Below, in pieces: positions 26,324 through 34,428 of a DNA stretch of 47,550 nucleotides (position 1 is the first letter of the stretch; each line of letters starts with the position of its first letter). Made by a program: the position numbers and the translations under genes. Source of the DNA: Clostridium sp. CAG:138 (GTDB taxonomy: Bacteria > Verrucomicrobiota > Kiritimatiellia > RFP12 > UBA1067); assembly GCA_963626295.1 (NCBI GenBank), contig CAVFWS010000001.1, positions 6,301-53,850 of the forward strand, in the 5' to 3' direction. The notes beneath the pieces are model-generated. The model was not told the DNA's origin. It saw only the letters and a program-made list of their open reading frames with translations, and did no database searches.

Positions 26324-26365
26324 GCGCAGAGTTTTCTTTGATCACAAAGAAGGAGTTAAAGTCAA

Positions 26366-27472
26366 ATGAAGATCAATTTCGGCGGCGTCACCGAAGACAT
26401 CGTGACGCGCAAGGAGTTCCCGCTCAAGAAGGCGCAGAAGGTCCTCAAGGGCAAGACCATCGCCGTGCTCGGCTACGGCATCCAGGGTCCTGCACAGGCC
26501 CTGAACATGCGCGACAACGGCATTAAGGTAATCGTCGGGCAGCGCAAGAGCGCGGGCAAGAACAGCTCGTGGGGACGCGCGCTCGCGGACGGATGGGTCC
26601 CGGGCAAGACGCTCTTCTCGATCGAGGAGGCCGCCGAGAAGGGCGACGTGATCATGATGCTCACCTCCGACGGATCGGTGAGCGACGTGTGGAAGAGGAT
26701 CTCGAAGTACGTCACGGCCGGCAAGGCCCTGTACTTCTCGCACGGCTTCGCCTACGTCTACAACAAGATCACCGGCGTGAAGCCCGGCAAGGACGTGGAC
26801 GTGATCATGGTCGCACCGAAGGGCTCGGGCACGAACGTGCGCCGCAACTTCCTCAACGGCGCCGGCATCAACTCGTCCTACGCGGTCGCTCAGGACGCGA
26901 CGGGCAAGGCCCTCGAGCTCACGATCGCGATCGGCATCGCCGTCGGGTCCGGATACCTCTTCCCGACCACCTTCGAGAACGAGGTGACGTCCGACCTCGT
27001 CGGCGAGCGCGGAATCCTCATGGGCGCCCTCTGCGGCGTCATGGAGGCCCAGTACTACACGCTCCGCGCCAACGGCCACTCCCCGAGCGAGGCGTTCAAC
27101 GAGACCTGCGAGGAGCTCACGCAGTCGCTCGCCCGCCTCGTGGACGAGAACGGCATGGACTGGATGTACTCCAACTGCTCGCAGACGGCGCAGCACGGCG
27201 CCCTCAAGTGGCGCCCGTTCTTCCGCAAGGCCACCGAGCCCGTGTTCAAGAGGCTCTACAAGAGCGTCAAGGGCATGACCGAGGCGAAGGAAGTGATCCG
27301 CGACACGGGCCGCGCCGACTACAAGGAGTTCATGGCCGCCAAGCTCCAGGCCATGCACGACAGCGAGATGTGGAAGGCCGGCGAGGCGGTCCGCTCCCTG
27401 CGTCCGCACGAGAAGGCGAAGGCCAACGCCGCCACCGCAGCAGGCGTCAAGGGCCGCAGGATCACGAAGTGA
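26366..27472 (+). CDS. ilvC: ketol-acid reductoisomerase
   Basis: IAVLGYGIQGPAQALNMRDNG dinucleotide-binding motif and typical IlvC blocks (FSHGFA, VIMVAPKG, GERGILMG). Confidence 0.92.
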   Translation: MKINFGGVTEDIVTRKEFPLKKAQKVLKGKTIAVLGYGIQGPAQALNMRDNGIKVIVGQRKSAGKNSSWGRALADGWVPGKTLFSIEEAAEKGDVIMMLTSDGSVSDVWKRISKYVTAGKALYFSHGFAYVYNKITGVKPGKDVDVIMVAPKGSGTNVRRNFLNGAGINSSYAVAQDATGKALELTIAIGIAVGSGYLFPTTFENEVTSDLVGERGILMGALCGVMEAQYYTLRANGHSPSEAFNETCEELTQSLARLVDENGMDWMYSNCSQTAQHGALKWRPFFRKATEPVFKRLYKSVKGMTEAKEVIRDTGRADYKEFMAAKLQAMHDSEMWKAGEAVRSLRPHEKAKANAATAAGVKGRRITK

Positions 27473-27500
27473 CGGTCGCCTCGCGCGACAGAAAGGGAAA

Positions 27501-27532
27501 GGCCTCGTCCGGACGGACGGGGCCTTTTTTTT
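27501..27532 (+). terminator. intrinsic terminator after ilvC
   Basis: GGCCTCGTCC-GGAC-GGACGGGGCC forms a 10-bp stem with one G:U pair, followed by TTTTTTTT (27525-27532). An A-rich tract upstream could allow it to work in both directions. Confidence 0.8.
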
Positions 27533-27587
27533 GGACAAAAAATGATGCCGCTACCGAACGAGGCCATGCGCATGGCCGTGCGGCAGA

Positions 27588-27596
27588 TGGTATGAT
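27588..27596 (+). promoter_or_regulatory. extended -10 element (TGGTATGAT)
   Basis: Lies 27 nt upstream of the ATG at 27624, with GGGAGGGG at 27615-27622. A 16-bp perfect palindrome (27562-27577) covers the expected -35 position. Confidence 0.45.
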
Positions 27597-27623
27597 GGCG
27601 GCAGATAAACCAATGGGAGGGGA

Positions 27624-28019
27624 ATGATCATGGTCAAGGGCAGGACTGGGACGCGGACGCTGCGCTGCGGCGCCGTCGCGCTGTTGACGGTCTTGGCGGC
27701 GCCTGCCGCCGTCGCGGGGACGAACGCCATGTCCGGCGCGGGCACGGTCGGGGACTGCGGCGGCGAGTCCGTCACGGCGTACAGGCAGTACAGGCTCGAG
27801 AATACCGCCACCGGTGTGCGCGTGGCGCGCGGGGGGAATACGCTGTGGAACCTCGAGATAGACAACCCGGAGGGACGACCGTTCTTCCACCCGCTGTCCC
27901 TGAAGAGGGGCGAGACGCTCGAGCTCGCCTACAGGCTGGCGATCCATGCGGACAGGTCCGTAAAGGGGACGCTTGCCCGGCGTCCCGGGGAACGGACGGA
28001 CAGCGGGCGGTTGGATTAG
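27624..28019 (+). CDS. small secreted protein; possible internally deleted PmoA/DUF6807-like remnant
   Basis: Signal-like LRCGAVALLTVLAAPAAVAG. The segment GRPFFHPLSLKRGETLELAYRLAIHAD joins an N-terminal-type block (PFFHPL) directly to a C-terminal-type block (L.L.YRL.IH) of that family, as I remember it. Confidence 0.4.
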   Translation: MIMVKGRTGTRTLRCGAVALLTVLAAPAAVAGTNAMSGAGTVGDCGGESVTAYRQYRLENTATGVRVARGGNTLWNLEIDNPEGRPFFHPLSLKRGETLELAYRLAIHADRSVKGTLARRPGERTDSGRLD

Positions 28020-28025
28020 GGTGGG

Positions 28026-28052
28026 TTGACAATAAAAAAAAACAAATATAAT
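28026..28052 (+). promoter_or_regulatory. sigma70-type promoter (TTGACA-15-TATAAT) in an A-tract
   Basis: TTGACA at 28026-28031 and TATAAT at 28047-28052. The 15-nt spacer is shorter than optimal. GGGAGGAG at 28085-28092 and ATG at 28098. Confidence 0.5.
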
Positions 28053-28097
28053 TGCCGCCATTTGAAACCACTATGACCTTGAACGGGAGGAGATGGC

Positions 28098-31000
28098 ATG
28101 GCAACCGAAAACACCCTTGACGGAGGGACGAATGCGGCGGATCCGCGGCGCGCGGGCCGCTTTGCAGGAGGCGTGTGCGCGCTGCTGGCGCTCGGCATCG
28201 CCGGCGCCGGGGCGGCAACGCATCCGGGGGACATCGCCCTCGACGGCGTGACGAACGTCGTCGTGGAGGCCGGCTCCACCGAGACGTGGAGCGGCGTGGT
28301 CTCCGGCGACGGCGGGATCGTCCTCTCGGGCGGCGGGACGCTCGAGCTCTCCAACGGCGCGAACACGTTCGCCGGAGGCGTCGAGATCCAGGGCGGCGTC
28401 GTGAAGACGCTCGCGGCGGGCTGCCTCGGCACGGGCGCCTTGGTGACGTCGGGCAACGGCGCCACGAGGCAGTTCTGGTTCGCGGCGGCGGGGACCTACC
28501 CGAACGCGATCCGCCTCGGCGGCAAGTCCTGCGACGACTTCAACGCCGTGCCGAGCGTGCTGGTCACGGCCAATGTCGTCTTCGGCGGCGCCGTCGCGGC
28601 CGAGTCCGGACAGTTCTTCTGCATCGGGACTTCGGGAAACGACTACGGCAAGTGGTCCGCGCGGTTCAGCGGCGCGGTCGATGCGTCCGGGCAGACGCTC
28701 TGCCTCAGGACGTGGGGGGACTTCCACTTCGAGGGGCGCATGGCCTGCGAAAGCCTGTCCATCGGGAACTACTGGAGCAGCCGGGGGTTTGTCCACCTGT
28801 ATTCTTCGGACAACGCCATTGGCGCCATAAGCTACAACTCGGGATCCGTCGTATGCCATGCGGAAGGGGCGCTGGGCGGCGCCCGGCTCTACGTCTCGCA
28901 GAACTGGAGCAACAGCGAGGGCGTCCGCAACCGCGTGGACCTGAACGGGTTCCCGCAGGCGGCGCGGTCCCTCGACTTCAACATGTCGCAGGGTAGCGAC
29001 TACCTCCCCGTGACCGAGGCGCTTGCCGGGGCCGCGGGCGGGTCGCCCATCGGTTCGCAGGATGGCGCGGCGAGGCTGACGATCACGGGCGAGGCGACCG
29101 ACCGTGCGACGCTGCAGATGGTCGACGATCCGGTGGAGCTGACTCTCGACGCGGCCGACTTCTCGACGTTCACGCAGACGTTCCGCTACCGCAGGCACGG
29201 CACCTGCCGTCCGCTGCGCGTCCAGGCCGGCACGCTGGCCATCACGAACGGCTCGACCTTCGCTTCCGTCCCCGAGCTCTACGTCGGCGAGGGCGGCACG
29301 GTGCGGGTCGACGACGCCGACGGCGCGTTTGCGGGCGTCACGAACCTTACGGTCAACGGCGTGCTTGACGCGACCGTCTCCGGGCTGCAGCAGTTCCCGC
29401 TCCAGGTCGATTCGCTGACGATCGGCCCGAACGGGTCGCTGAGGACGGCGGACGGGCTTCTCATCCAGGCGAAGGAGATCACGATCGACGGCACGACTTA
29501 CACGAGCGGGACGTTCGACGCCTCGACGCACCCCGGGAGGATTGCGGGCGTGAGCATCGTCGGCGTCGGTGCGGCGAAGACCGCCGCCTGGGTCGCGGGC
29601 GGGGCGGACACGAAGATGTCGACGGCGGCGAACTGGAGCGTCTCCGGCCTGTCGCTCACCGGATACGCGGACGCCGCGCGGTTCGCCGACCAGGGCTCCC
29701 GGGCGGACGTAGACGTCGATGCGCAGTTCTCGCGCGTGACGCTGTCGCTCCCGGAGGGCGCGGACTCGTTCACGTTCGCCGACGCGGGCGGCTCGATCGG
29801 CATCCTCAGCGGGCTTGCCGCCGAGGCGTCCACATCCGACGCGCCGCGCCGCTTCACCTTCGGGACGGAGGTGCGCGTCGCCGCCGACCAGACCTGGGAG
29901 CTGCAGACGAACGACACGGTGGCGCTGGAGAAGGGGTTCTCGACAGGGGAGGGCAGCAAGGTCGAGCTGAGGAACGGCACGTACCTGTGGTCCGGCACGA
30001 ACACCGTCTCCGCCGCCGTCACGGTGACGGGCGGCGTCCTCGTCGTCTCGGGCAAGATCGCCACGCCTGACCACGAATGGCGGGGGGAGGTCGACCAGTC
30101 CGGGAACGGCCGGCAGCTGAACCTCTGCCAGGCCGGATGGCAGAAGGTCGTCGGTGACACCAGCGGCATCGACGCCGTCCTCGTGCTGTCCAACGCGCAG
30201 ATCGAATGCGGCGTCAACATGGGGTGCTCCATCGGCACGATGCCGGTGCGCGTGCGCGCCGGGACGACCAACGAGATCAGCGGACATTTCCTCCACGGCA
30301 AGGACGGCTGGGGCGGCATCCGCATGGAGGACGGCTCCGAGCTTGTCCTGAGCGGCGGCTTCGCGAACAGCTTCGGGGCGACGCGCATGAGCGGGACCGG
30401 CACGATCCGCTTCCGCAACCGCCCGGTGCGCGCCACTGCCTCGGCGGGGTTCAATCCGAGCGGTGGCCACTACGTGTTCGAGGTCGCGGACAACACGTTC
30501 TCCTGCCTGGCCCTCGGATACAACGCGGCCGACGTGTGCTCGGCGGAGTTCACGGTGTCGGACGCGATGACCAACGGCATCCTCGCGGTCGGGTCGCAGT
30601 GGGCCGGCAGCGCCGACAAGTTCATCCCCTCCACGTACGGATCGGGACTCCTGGACGTCAACGCCACGACGCAGCGCGTCGAGCGTCTCGCGGTGTTCGG
30701 CCGGGGTACGCTCCGCGGCGCGGCGGGTTCGCTCGTGAGGGTGTATGGTCCGCAGGGGACGGACACGAGCCTCATCAACGCCAGTCGGCAGCTCGTGGAG
30801 GGCGCGGTCGAGGGAGGCGTCGGGCTTGAGATGTGCGGAGACGGCACGCTTACGCTCACGAACCGGGCGTTCGCCTCCTCCGGCGACATCATCGCCTCCT
30901 CCGGCACGCTGGACTTCGCGTCCGGCGCGACGTGGCTCAACGGCACGAACGTCACGGTGCGCGGCACCGGGCTCCTGCGCCTCGGGCAGAGGGCGTTCGG

Positions 31001-31217
31001 GAAGCAGGCGAAGCTGCGCCTCGCGGACGAGGGCAGGCTTTCGCTCGCCTCCGGGGTCTTGCTGCGCGTGAGCGAGTGCTGGGTCGGGGACGCGAGGATC
31101 TCCGGCGGCACGTACACGCGCGAGAACGCGCCGGAGGCGCTCAGGGCGCACCTCGACGAAAGCTTCGCCGGGACGCTCGCCGTGCGCCTCGCCGGCTTCC
31201 GGCTCATCCTGCGGTAG
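28098..31217 (+). CDS. large secreted beta-helix surface protein with autotransporter-associated beta-strand (PATR) repeat
   Basis: 1039 aa with a signal-like N-terminus (FAGGVCALLALGIAGAGAA). A PATR-like unit, GGGTLELSNGANTFAGGVEIQGGVVK. Gly/Thr/Asn-rich repetitive beta-strand texture throughout. No obvious C-terminal OM barrel. Confidence 0.8.
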   Translation: MATENTLDGGTNAADPRRAGRFAGGVCALLALGIAGAGAATHPGDIALDGVTNVVVEAGSTETWSGVVSGDGGIVLSGGGTLELSNGANTFAGGVEIQGGVVKTLAAGCLGTGALVTSGNGATRQFWFAAAGTYPNAIRLGGKSCDDFNAVPSVLVTANVVFGGAVAAESGQFFCIGTSGNDYGKWSARFSGAVDASGQTLCLRTWGDFHFEGRMACESLSIGNYWSSRGFVHLYSSDNAIGAISYNSGSVVCHAEGALGGARLYVSQNWSNSEGVRNRVDLNGFPQAARSLDFNMSQGSDYLPVTEALAGAAGGSPIGSQDGAARLTITGEATDRATLQMVDDPVELTLDAADFSTFTQTFRYRRHGTCRPLRVQAGTLAITNGSTFASVPELYVGEGGTVRVDDADGAFAGVTNLTVNGVLDATVSGLQQFPLQVDSLTIGPNGSLRTADGLLIQAKEITIDGTTYTSGTFDASTHPGRIAGVSIVGVGAAKTAAWVAGGADTKMSTAANWSVSGLSLTGYADAARFADQGSRADVDVDAQFSRVTLSLPEGADSFTFADAGGSIGILSGLAAEASTSDAPRRFTFGTEVRVAADQTWELQTNDTVALEKGFSTGEGSKVELRNGTYLWSGTNTVSAAVTVTGGVLVVSGKIATPDHEWRGEVDQSGNGRQLNLCQAGWQKVVGDTSGIDAVLVLSNAQIECGVNMGCSIGTMPVRVRAGTTNEISGHFLHGKDGWGGIRMEDGSELVLSGGFANSFGATRMSGTGTIRFRNRPVRATASAGFNPSGGHYVFEVADNTFSCLALGYNAADVCSAEFTVSDAMTNGILAVGSQWAGSADKFIPSTYGSGLLDVNATTQRVERLAVFGRGTLRGAAGSLVRVYGPQGTDTSLINASRQLVEGAVEGGVGLEMCGDGTLTLTNRAFASSGDIIASSGTLDFASGATWLNGTNVTVRGTGLLRLGQRAFGKQAKLRLADEGRLSLASGVLLRVSECWVGDARISGGTYTRENAPEALRAHLDESFAGTLAVRLAGFRLILR

Positions 31218-31242
31218 AACCGATTCCAAAGCCGCCCGCCCA

Positions 31243-31251
31243 TGGTATAAT
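31243..31251 (+). promoter_or_regulatory. extended -10 element (TGGTATAAT)
   Basis: Lies 24 nt upstream of the ATG at 31276, with AGGAG at 31267-31271. Confidence 0.5.
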
Positions 31252-31275
31252 GTTCATCAAGCGTACAGGAGTCAC

Positions 31276-32062
31276 ATGAAGGCAAACGGGAGAGCGGTCC
31301 TGTGCGCCGCAATTGCGGCGGCATTCGTCCACTGCGCGGCGGAGGCCGCGCTTTCGGCGGCGGCGACGACGCCGCAGGCATTCCGCGACTGGCCGGACGG
31401 CCTCGACCCGGAGACGATCGGGAGGCGCGTCGTGGCGCAGTTCCAGTCGACGGACCCGGAGGGCTACCAGGCGAAGGGCTTCACGGGCGACAGGTACGGC
31501 GGGGGCCAGTACGTGTGCTATTCCGTCGCGTCGCTGTGGGTGAACGCGATGCGCTTCGCGTCCGTGACGGGGGACGCGAAGCTCGAGGGAAGCCTTGTCG
31601 CGGAGGCCCGGCAGTTCCTGCCGGGCGGGAAGAAGGGCGACAAGGCCACGAAGGCCCGCCACGTGGACTTCAACGTGTTCGGGGCCGTGCCGCTCGAGGC
31701 GGCGATCCTCACGGACCGGCGCGACTTCCTGCGGATGGGCATGGCGTACGCCGACGACCAGTGGGCGCCGCCGCGCCCGGACGACCTCGCGGACTTCCCG
31801 AAGTGGCTCGTCTCGCACTACGTGCCGGCCGCGCGCAAGGCCTACCTCGCCGTCGCGCGGTCGCTCGACCGGTACGGCAACGTGCCCGACGCTGTTCCGT
31901 CCGGGGCGCAAGAGCCGCCTCGGGGGGACGTCGGCCTGCAAGCCGGTGGATCTTTCGGCGGGACGCCACACGGTGAAGATCGTGCCGATGAATGCGGGGC
32001 AGAGGTATGACATGACCGGTTTCGCCGTCACCGACGACCCGATCCCGTTCGAGCCGCGCTGA
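31276..32062 (+). pseudogene. frameshifted/deleted remnant of a secreted (alpha/alpha)-barrel glycoside-hydrolase-like gene
   Basis: Frame 1 (31276-) gives a signal peptide plus about 195 plausible residues, then degenerates (…PRGDVGLQAGGSFGGTPHGEDRADECGAEV*). A second frame carries a plausible C-terminal end, KPVDLSAGRHTVKIVPMNAGQRYDMTGFAVTDDPIPFEPR*, stopping at 32062. The frame switch is near 31900-31930. The family assignment is tentative. Confidence 0.5.
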
Positions 32063-32083
32063 CGGGGATCGGCTGTCGCCGCG

Positions 32084-32134
32084 CGCCGGGGCCTTCGGTG
32101 TCGCCGGGGCCTTCGGCGGACAAAGGCCCCGGCG
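32084..32134 (+). repeat. 15-nt direct repeat x2 that forms an 11-bp hairpin with a downstream inverted copy
   Basis: CGCCGGGGCCTTCGG occurs at 32084-32098 and 32102-32116. AGGCCCCGGCG at 32124-32134 pairs perfectly with CGCCGGGGCCT. Only a weak T-tract (TTAT) follows. Confidence 0.45.
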
Positions 32135-32137
32135 TTA

Positions 32138-32146
32138 TGCTATAAT
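32138..32146 (+). promoter_or_regulatory. extended -10 element (TGCTATAAT) driving a leaderless HIT transcript
   Basis: TATAAT ends at 32146 and the ATG begins at 32154. The 7-nt spacer (ccgcgcc) places the predicted TSS on or next to the A of the ATG. Confidence 0.55.
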
Positions 32147-32153
32147 CCGCGCC

Positions 32154-32561
32154 ATGAAGAACAACTGTGTATTCTGCGCGATCGCCGAAGGCGAAATCCC
32201 GTCGTTCAGGGTCTACGAGGACGACCTCGTCCTTGCGTACCTCGACATAAACCCGTTCACCACGGGCCATACGCTCGTAATCCCCAAGGCGCACTCGTCC
32301 GGGCTGCTCGACACGCCGGACGAGACCCTTGCGGCGATCGTCTCCCGCGTCAGGAAGGTCGCCCGCCATCTGAAGGAGAGCCTTCCCTGCGACGGGTTCA
32401 ACATCCTGCAGAACAACGGTGAGGCCGCCGGACAGACCGTGATGCACCTGCACTTCCACATCGTCCCGCGCTGCGGGAAGGCCTCGGTGGTATCGTTCGC
32501 GAGCCACAAGGCCGACATGGAAGAGCTAAAGGCCCTTGCGGAGCGCCTGCGCATGTCGTGA
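32154..32561 (+). CDS. HIT-family (histidine triad) nucleotide hydrolase
   Basis: CVFCAI start, TTGHTLVIPKAH, and the HLHFHIVPR histidine triad. Confidence 0.9.
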   Translation: MKNNCVFCAIAEGEIPSFRVYEDDLVLAYLDINPFTTGHTLVIPKAHSSGLLDTPDETLAAIVSRVRKVARHLKESLPCDGFNILQNNGEAAGQTVMHLHFHIVPRCGKASVVSFASHKADMEELKALAERLRMS

Positions 32562-32588
32562 TTCGTGATACGGATAATGCAAACATAT

Positions 32589-32711
32589 CACACGGAGACA
32601 CGAAGGCACGGAGGGAAAGCCTCCGTGGCTCGCGGATGCTTGCGCCCCCTTCGGGTTCGGCTTCGCCGAATCTTCCCTCCGTTTCGCTTCGGCGCATTGT
32701 GCCTCCGTGTG
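32589..32711. repeat. ~123-bp structured REP/MITE-like element
   Basis: 9-bp perfect terminal inverted repeats: CACACGGAG (32589-32597) and CTCCGTGTG (32703-32711), extendable to an imperfect ~17 bp. Internal hairpins CACGGAGG-gaaag-CCTCCGTG (32607-32627) and TTCGGC-ttc-GCCGAA (32656-32670). Confidence 0.5.
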
Positions 32712-32746
32712 GGGATTCCTGCGGGCCGGGGTTGGCGCCAGTGCGC

Positions 32747-33503
32747 ATGGGTACTGGCGAAACCTTCGGCTTCACTCCGCCGTCCAACGCGACCGTCTGC
32801 GCGGACTGGCTCGCGTTCGGCGCGGCGTTCGCGCCGACAGCCCCGGCGGAGCCATGGAACTGGCCGGACGGCGAGACGGACGGACGGCACTTCGTGCTCG
32901 TGCACGGCTACAACGTGAACGCCCCTGCGTCCCGCCTCTGGGCTATCGCGATGTTCAAGCGGCTATGGTGGGCGGGCTCGGGCGCCGCGTTCACCGCCGT
33001 CGACTGGAAGGGGGACGATTCGCAGATGTCCGTTCCCGCGAAGGGCGACATCTCGCCGAACTACTACGTCAACGTGAAGAACGCCTTCATGACGGCGGAC
33101 GCGCTGACGCGGCTCTGCGGAAGCCTCTCTGGCGAGAAGGTCATGCTCGCACACTCGCTCGGGAACGTGCTCGTGTCGTCCGCCGCCGTCGACCACGGGC
33201 TGTCATTCGAGATACTATATGCTCAACGCCGCCGTGCCGATGGAGGCGTATTATGAGGGAGATAAGGATGACCTGATGGTGGACGGGGCTTGGAAGGGGA
33301 TTGACGAGAGGTTTCGTGCTTCGAGTTTCGCCGCCTTATTTGCGTCGGCGACGAATGACTTTCGATGTGGGCTTTCGTGGAGTGGCGTCATCTCCGTGAG
33401 ATTCCAATACTACCTCAACCCGACGCCGCTTGACCGCAACCTCGAATGGGACATGAGGAACAACGGCTTCAAGGGCGAGTGCCCGCCCTACCGCCTGCCG
33501 TAG
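32747..33503 (+). pseudogene. 5'-truncated, frameshifted remnant of an alpha/beta-hydrolase (lipase-like) domain
   Basis: GRHFVLVHGYN and a nucleophile-elbow-like LAHSLGN in one frame, up to ...DHGLSFE (about 33210). The sequence continues as YYMLNAAVPMEAYYEG... in another frame (ORF 33219..33503). The upstream part of the ORF reads through the REP-like element. Confidence 0.5.
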
Positions 33504-33568
33504 GCGCGACGATAGCCATTTCCGTGTGGTTGCCACAATCAATGCTGGATCGCATGGCACAGCGGTTA

Positions 33569-33577
33569 TGATATAAT
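33569..33577 (+). promoter_or_regulatory. extended -10 element (TGATATAAT)
   Basis: AT-rich island upstream of fabG, with AAGGA at 33609-33613. Confidence 0.45.
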
Positions 33578-33622
33578 TACAGCCATATTTCTTGAAACGG
33601 AAACCAGAAAGGAATGAATCTG

Positions 33623-34387
33623 ATGGGTAGTCTTGATGGCAAGGTGGCGATCGTCACGGGTGCGGCCCGCGGCATCGGGCAGAAGATCGCGGTGAAGCTG
33701 GCTTCGGTCGGCGCCAATGTCGCCGTGGTGGACCTGAAGCCCGAGTGGTGCGCCGAGACGGTGGCGGCGGTGGCGGCGGCCGGCGCGGAGGCCATTGCGC
33801 TGGGATGCAACGTGGCGGACTCGAAGGACGTCGATGCGTGCGTAAAGTCCGTCATCGCCAGGTTCGGCAAGGTGGACATAATGGTCAACAACGCCGGAAT
33901 CACCAAGGATGGGCTCCTGATGCGGATGAGCGACGAGGACTGGGACGCCGTCATCAACGTGAACCTGAAGGGCACGTTCCTCTTCACGCGGGCCGTGGCG
34001 CGACCGATGATGAAGAACAAGGCGGCGGACGGCACGCAGATTGGCGGCTCCATCGTGAACCTCGCGTCCGTGGTGGGCATCATGGGGAATGCAGGCCAGG
34101 CCAACTACACGGCCTCCAAGGGCGGCGTGATCGCCCTCACGAAGACCACCGCGAAGGAGCTCGGCTCGCGCAACATACGCTGCAATGCCGTCGCGCCGGG
34201 CTTCATCCAGTCCAAGATGACGGACGTGCTGCCCGACGACGTAAAGAAGGCCTACATGGATACGATCCCGCTCAAGAGGTTCGGCACCGCGGACGACATC
34301 GCGAACTGCGTTGCGTTCCTCGTGTCCCCCGAGGCCTCGTACATCACCGGGCAGATCATCTCGGTGAATGGCGGGATGATCGGATGA
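33623..34387 (+). CDS. fabG: 3-oxoacyl-[ACP] reductase
   Basis: GKVAIVTGAARGIG, NNAGIT and YTASKGGV (YxxxK). The ATG at 33623 is 9 nt after AAGGA. The in-frame ATG at 33614 abuts the SD and is less likely. Confidence 0.9.
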   Translation: MGSLDGKVAIVTGAARGIGQKIAVKLASVGANVAVVDLKPEWCAETVAAVAAAGAEAIALGCNVADSKDVDACVKSVIARFGKVDIMVNNAGITKDGLLMRMSDEDWDAVINVNLKGTFLFTRAVARPMMKNKAADGTQIGGSIVNLASVVGIMGNAGQANYTASKGGVIALTKTTAKELGSRNIRCNAVAPGFIQSKMTDVLPDDVKKAYMDTIPLKRFGTADDIANCVAFLVSPEASYITGQIISVNGGMIG

Positions 34388-34399
34388 CCCGTCCATTCC

Positions 34400-34428
34400 T
34401 TGATTAGCCGGGCTTGGTTTGGTATAAT
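34400..34428 (+). promoter_or_regulatory. sigma70-type promoter for carB (TTGATT-17-TGgTATAAT)
   Basis: TTGATT at 34400-34405, a 17-nt spacer ending in TGG, TATAAT at 34423-34428. AAGGAG at 34493-34498. Confidence 0.65.

Noticed and set aside
28071-31229. 1052-aa ORF antisense to the beta-helix surface protein
   Set aside because: Its extreme Arg/Ala/Gly/Asp composition mirrors the codon bias of the sense strand. The sense strand has a promoter, SD, signal peptide and PATR repeat.
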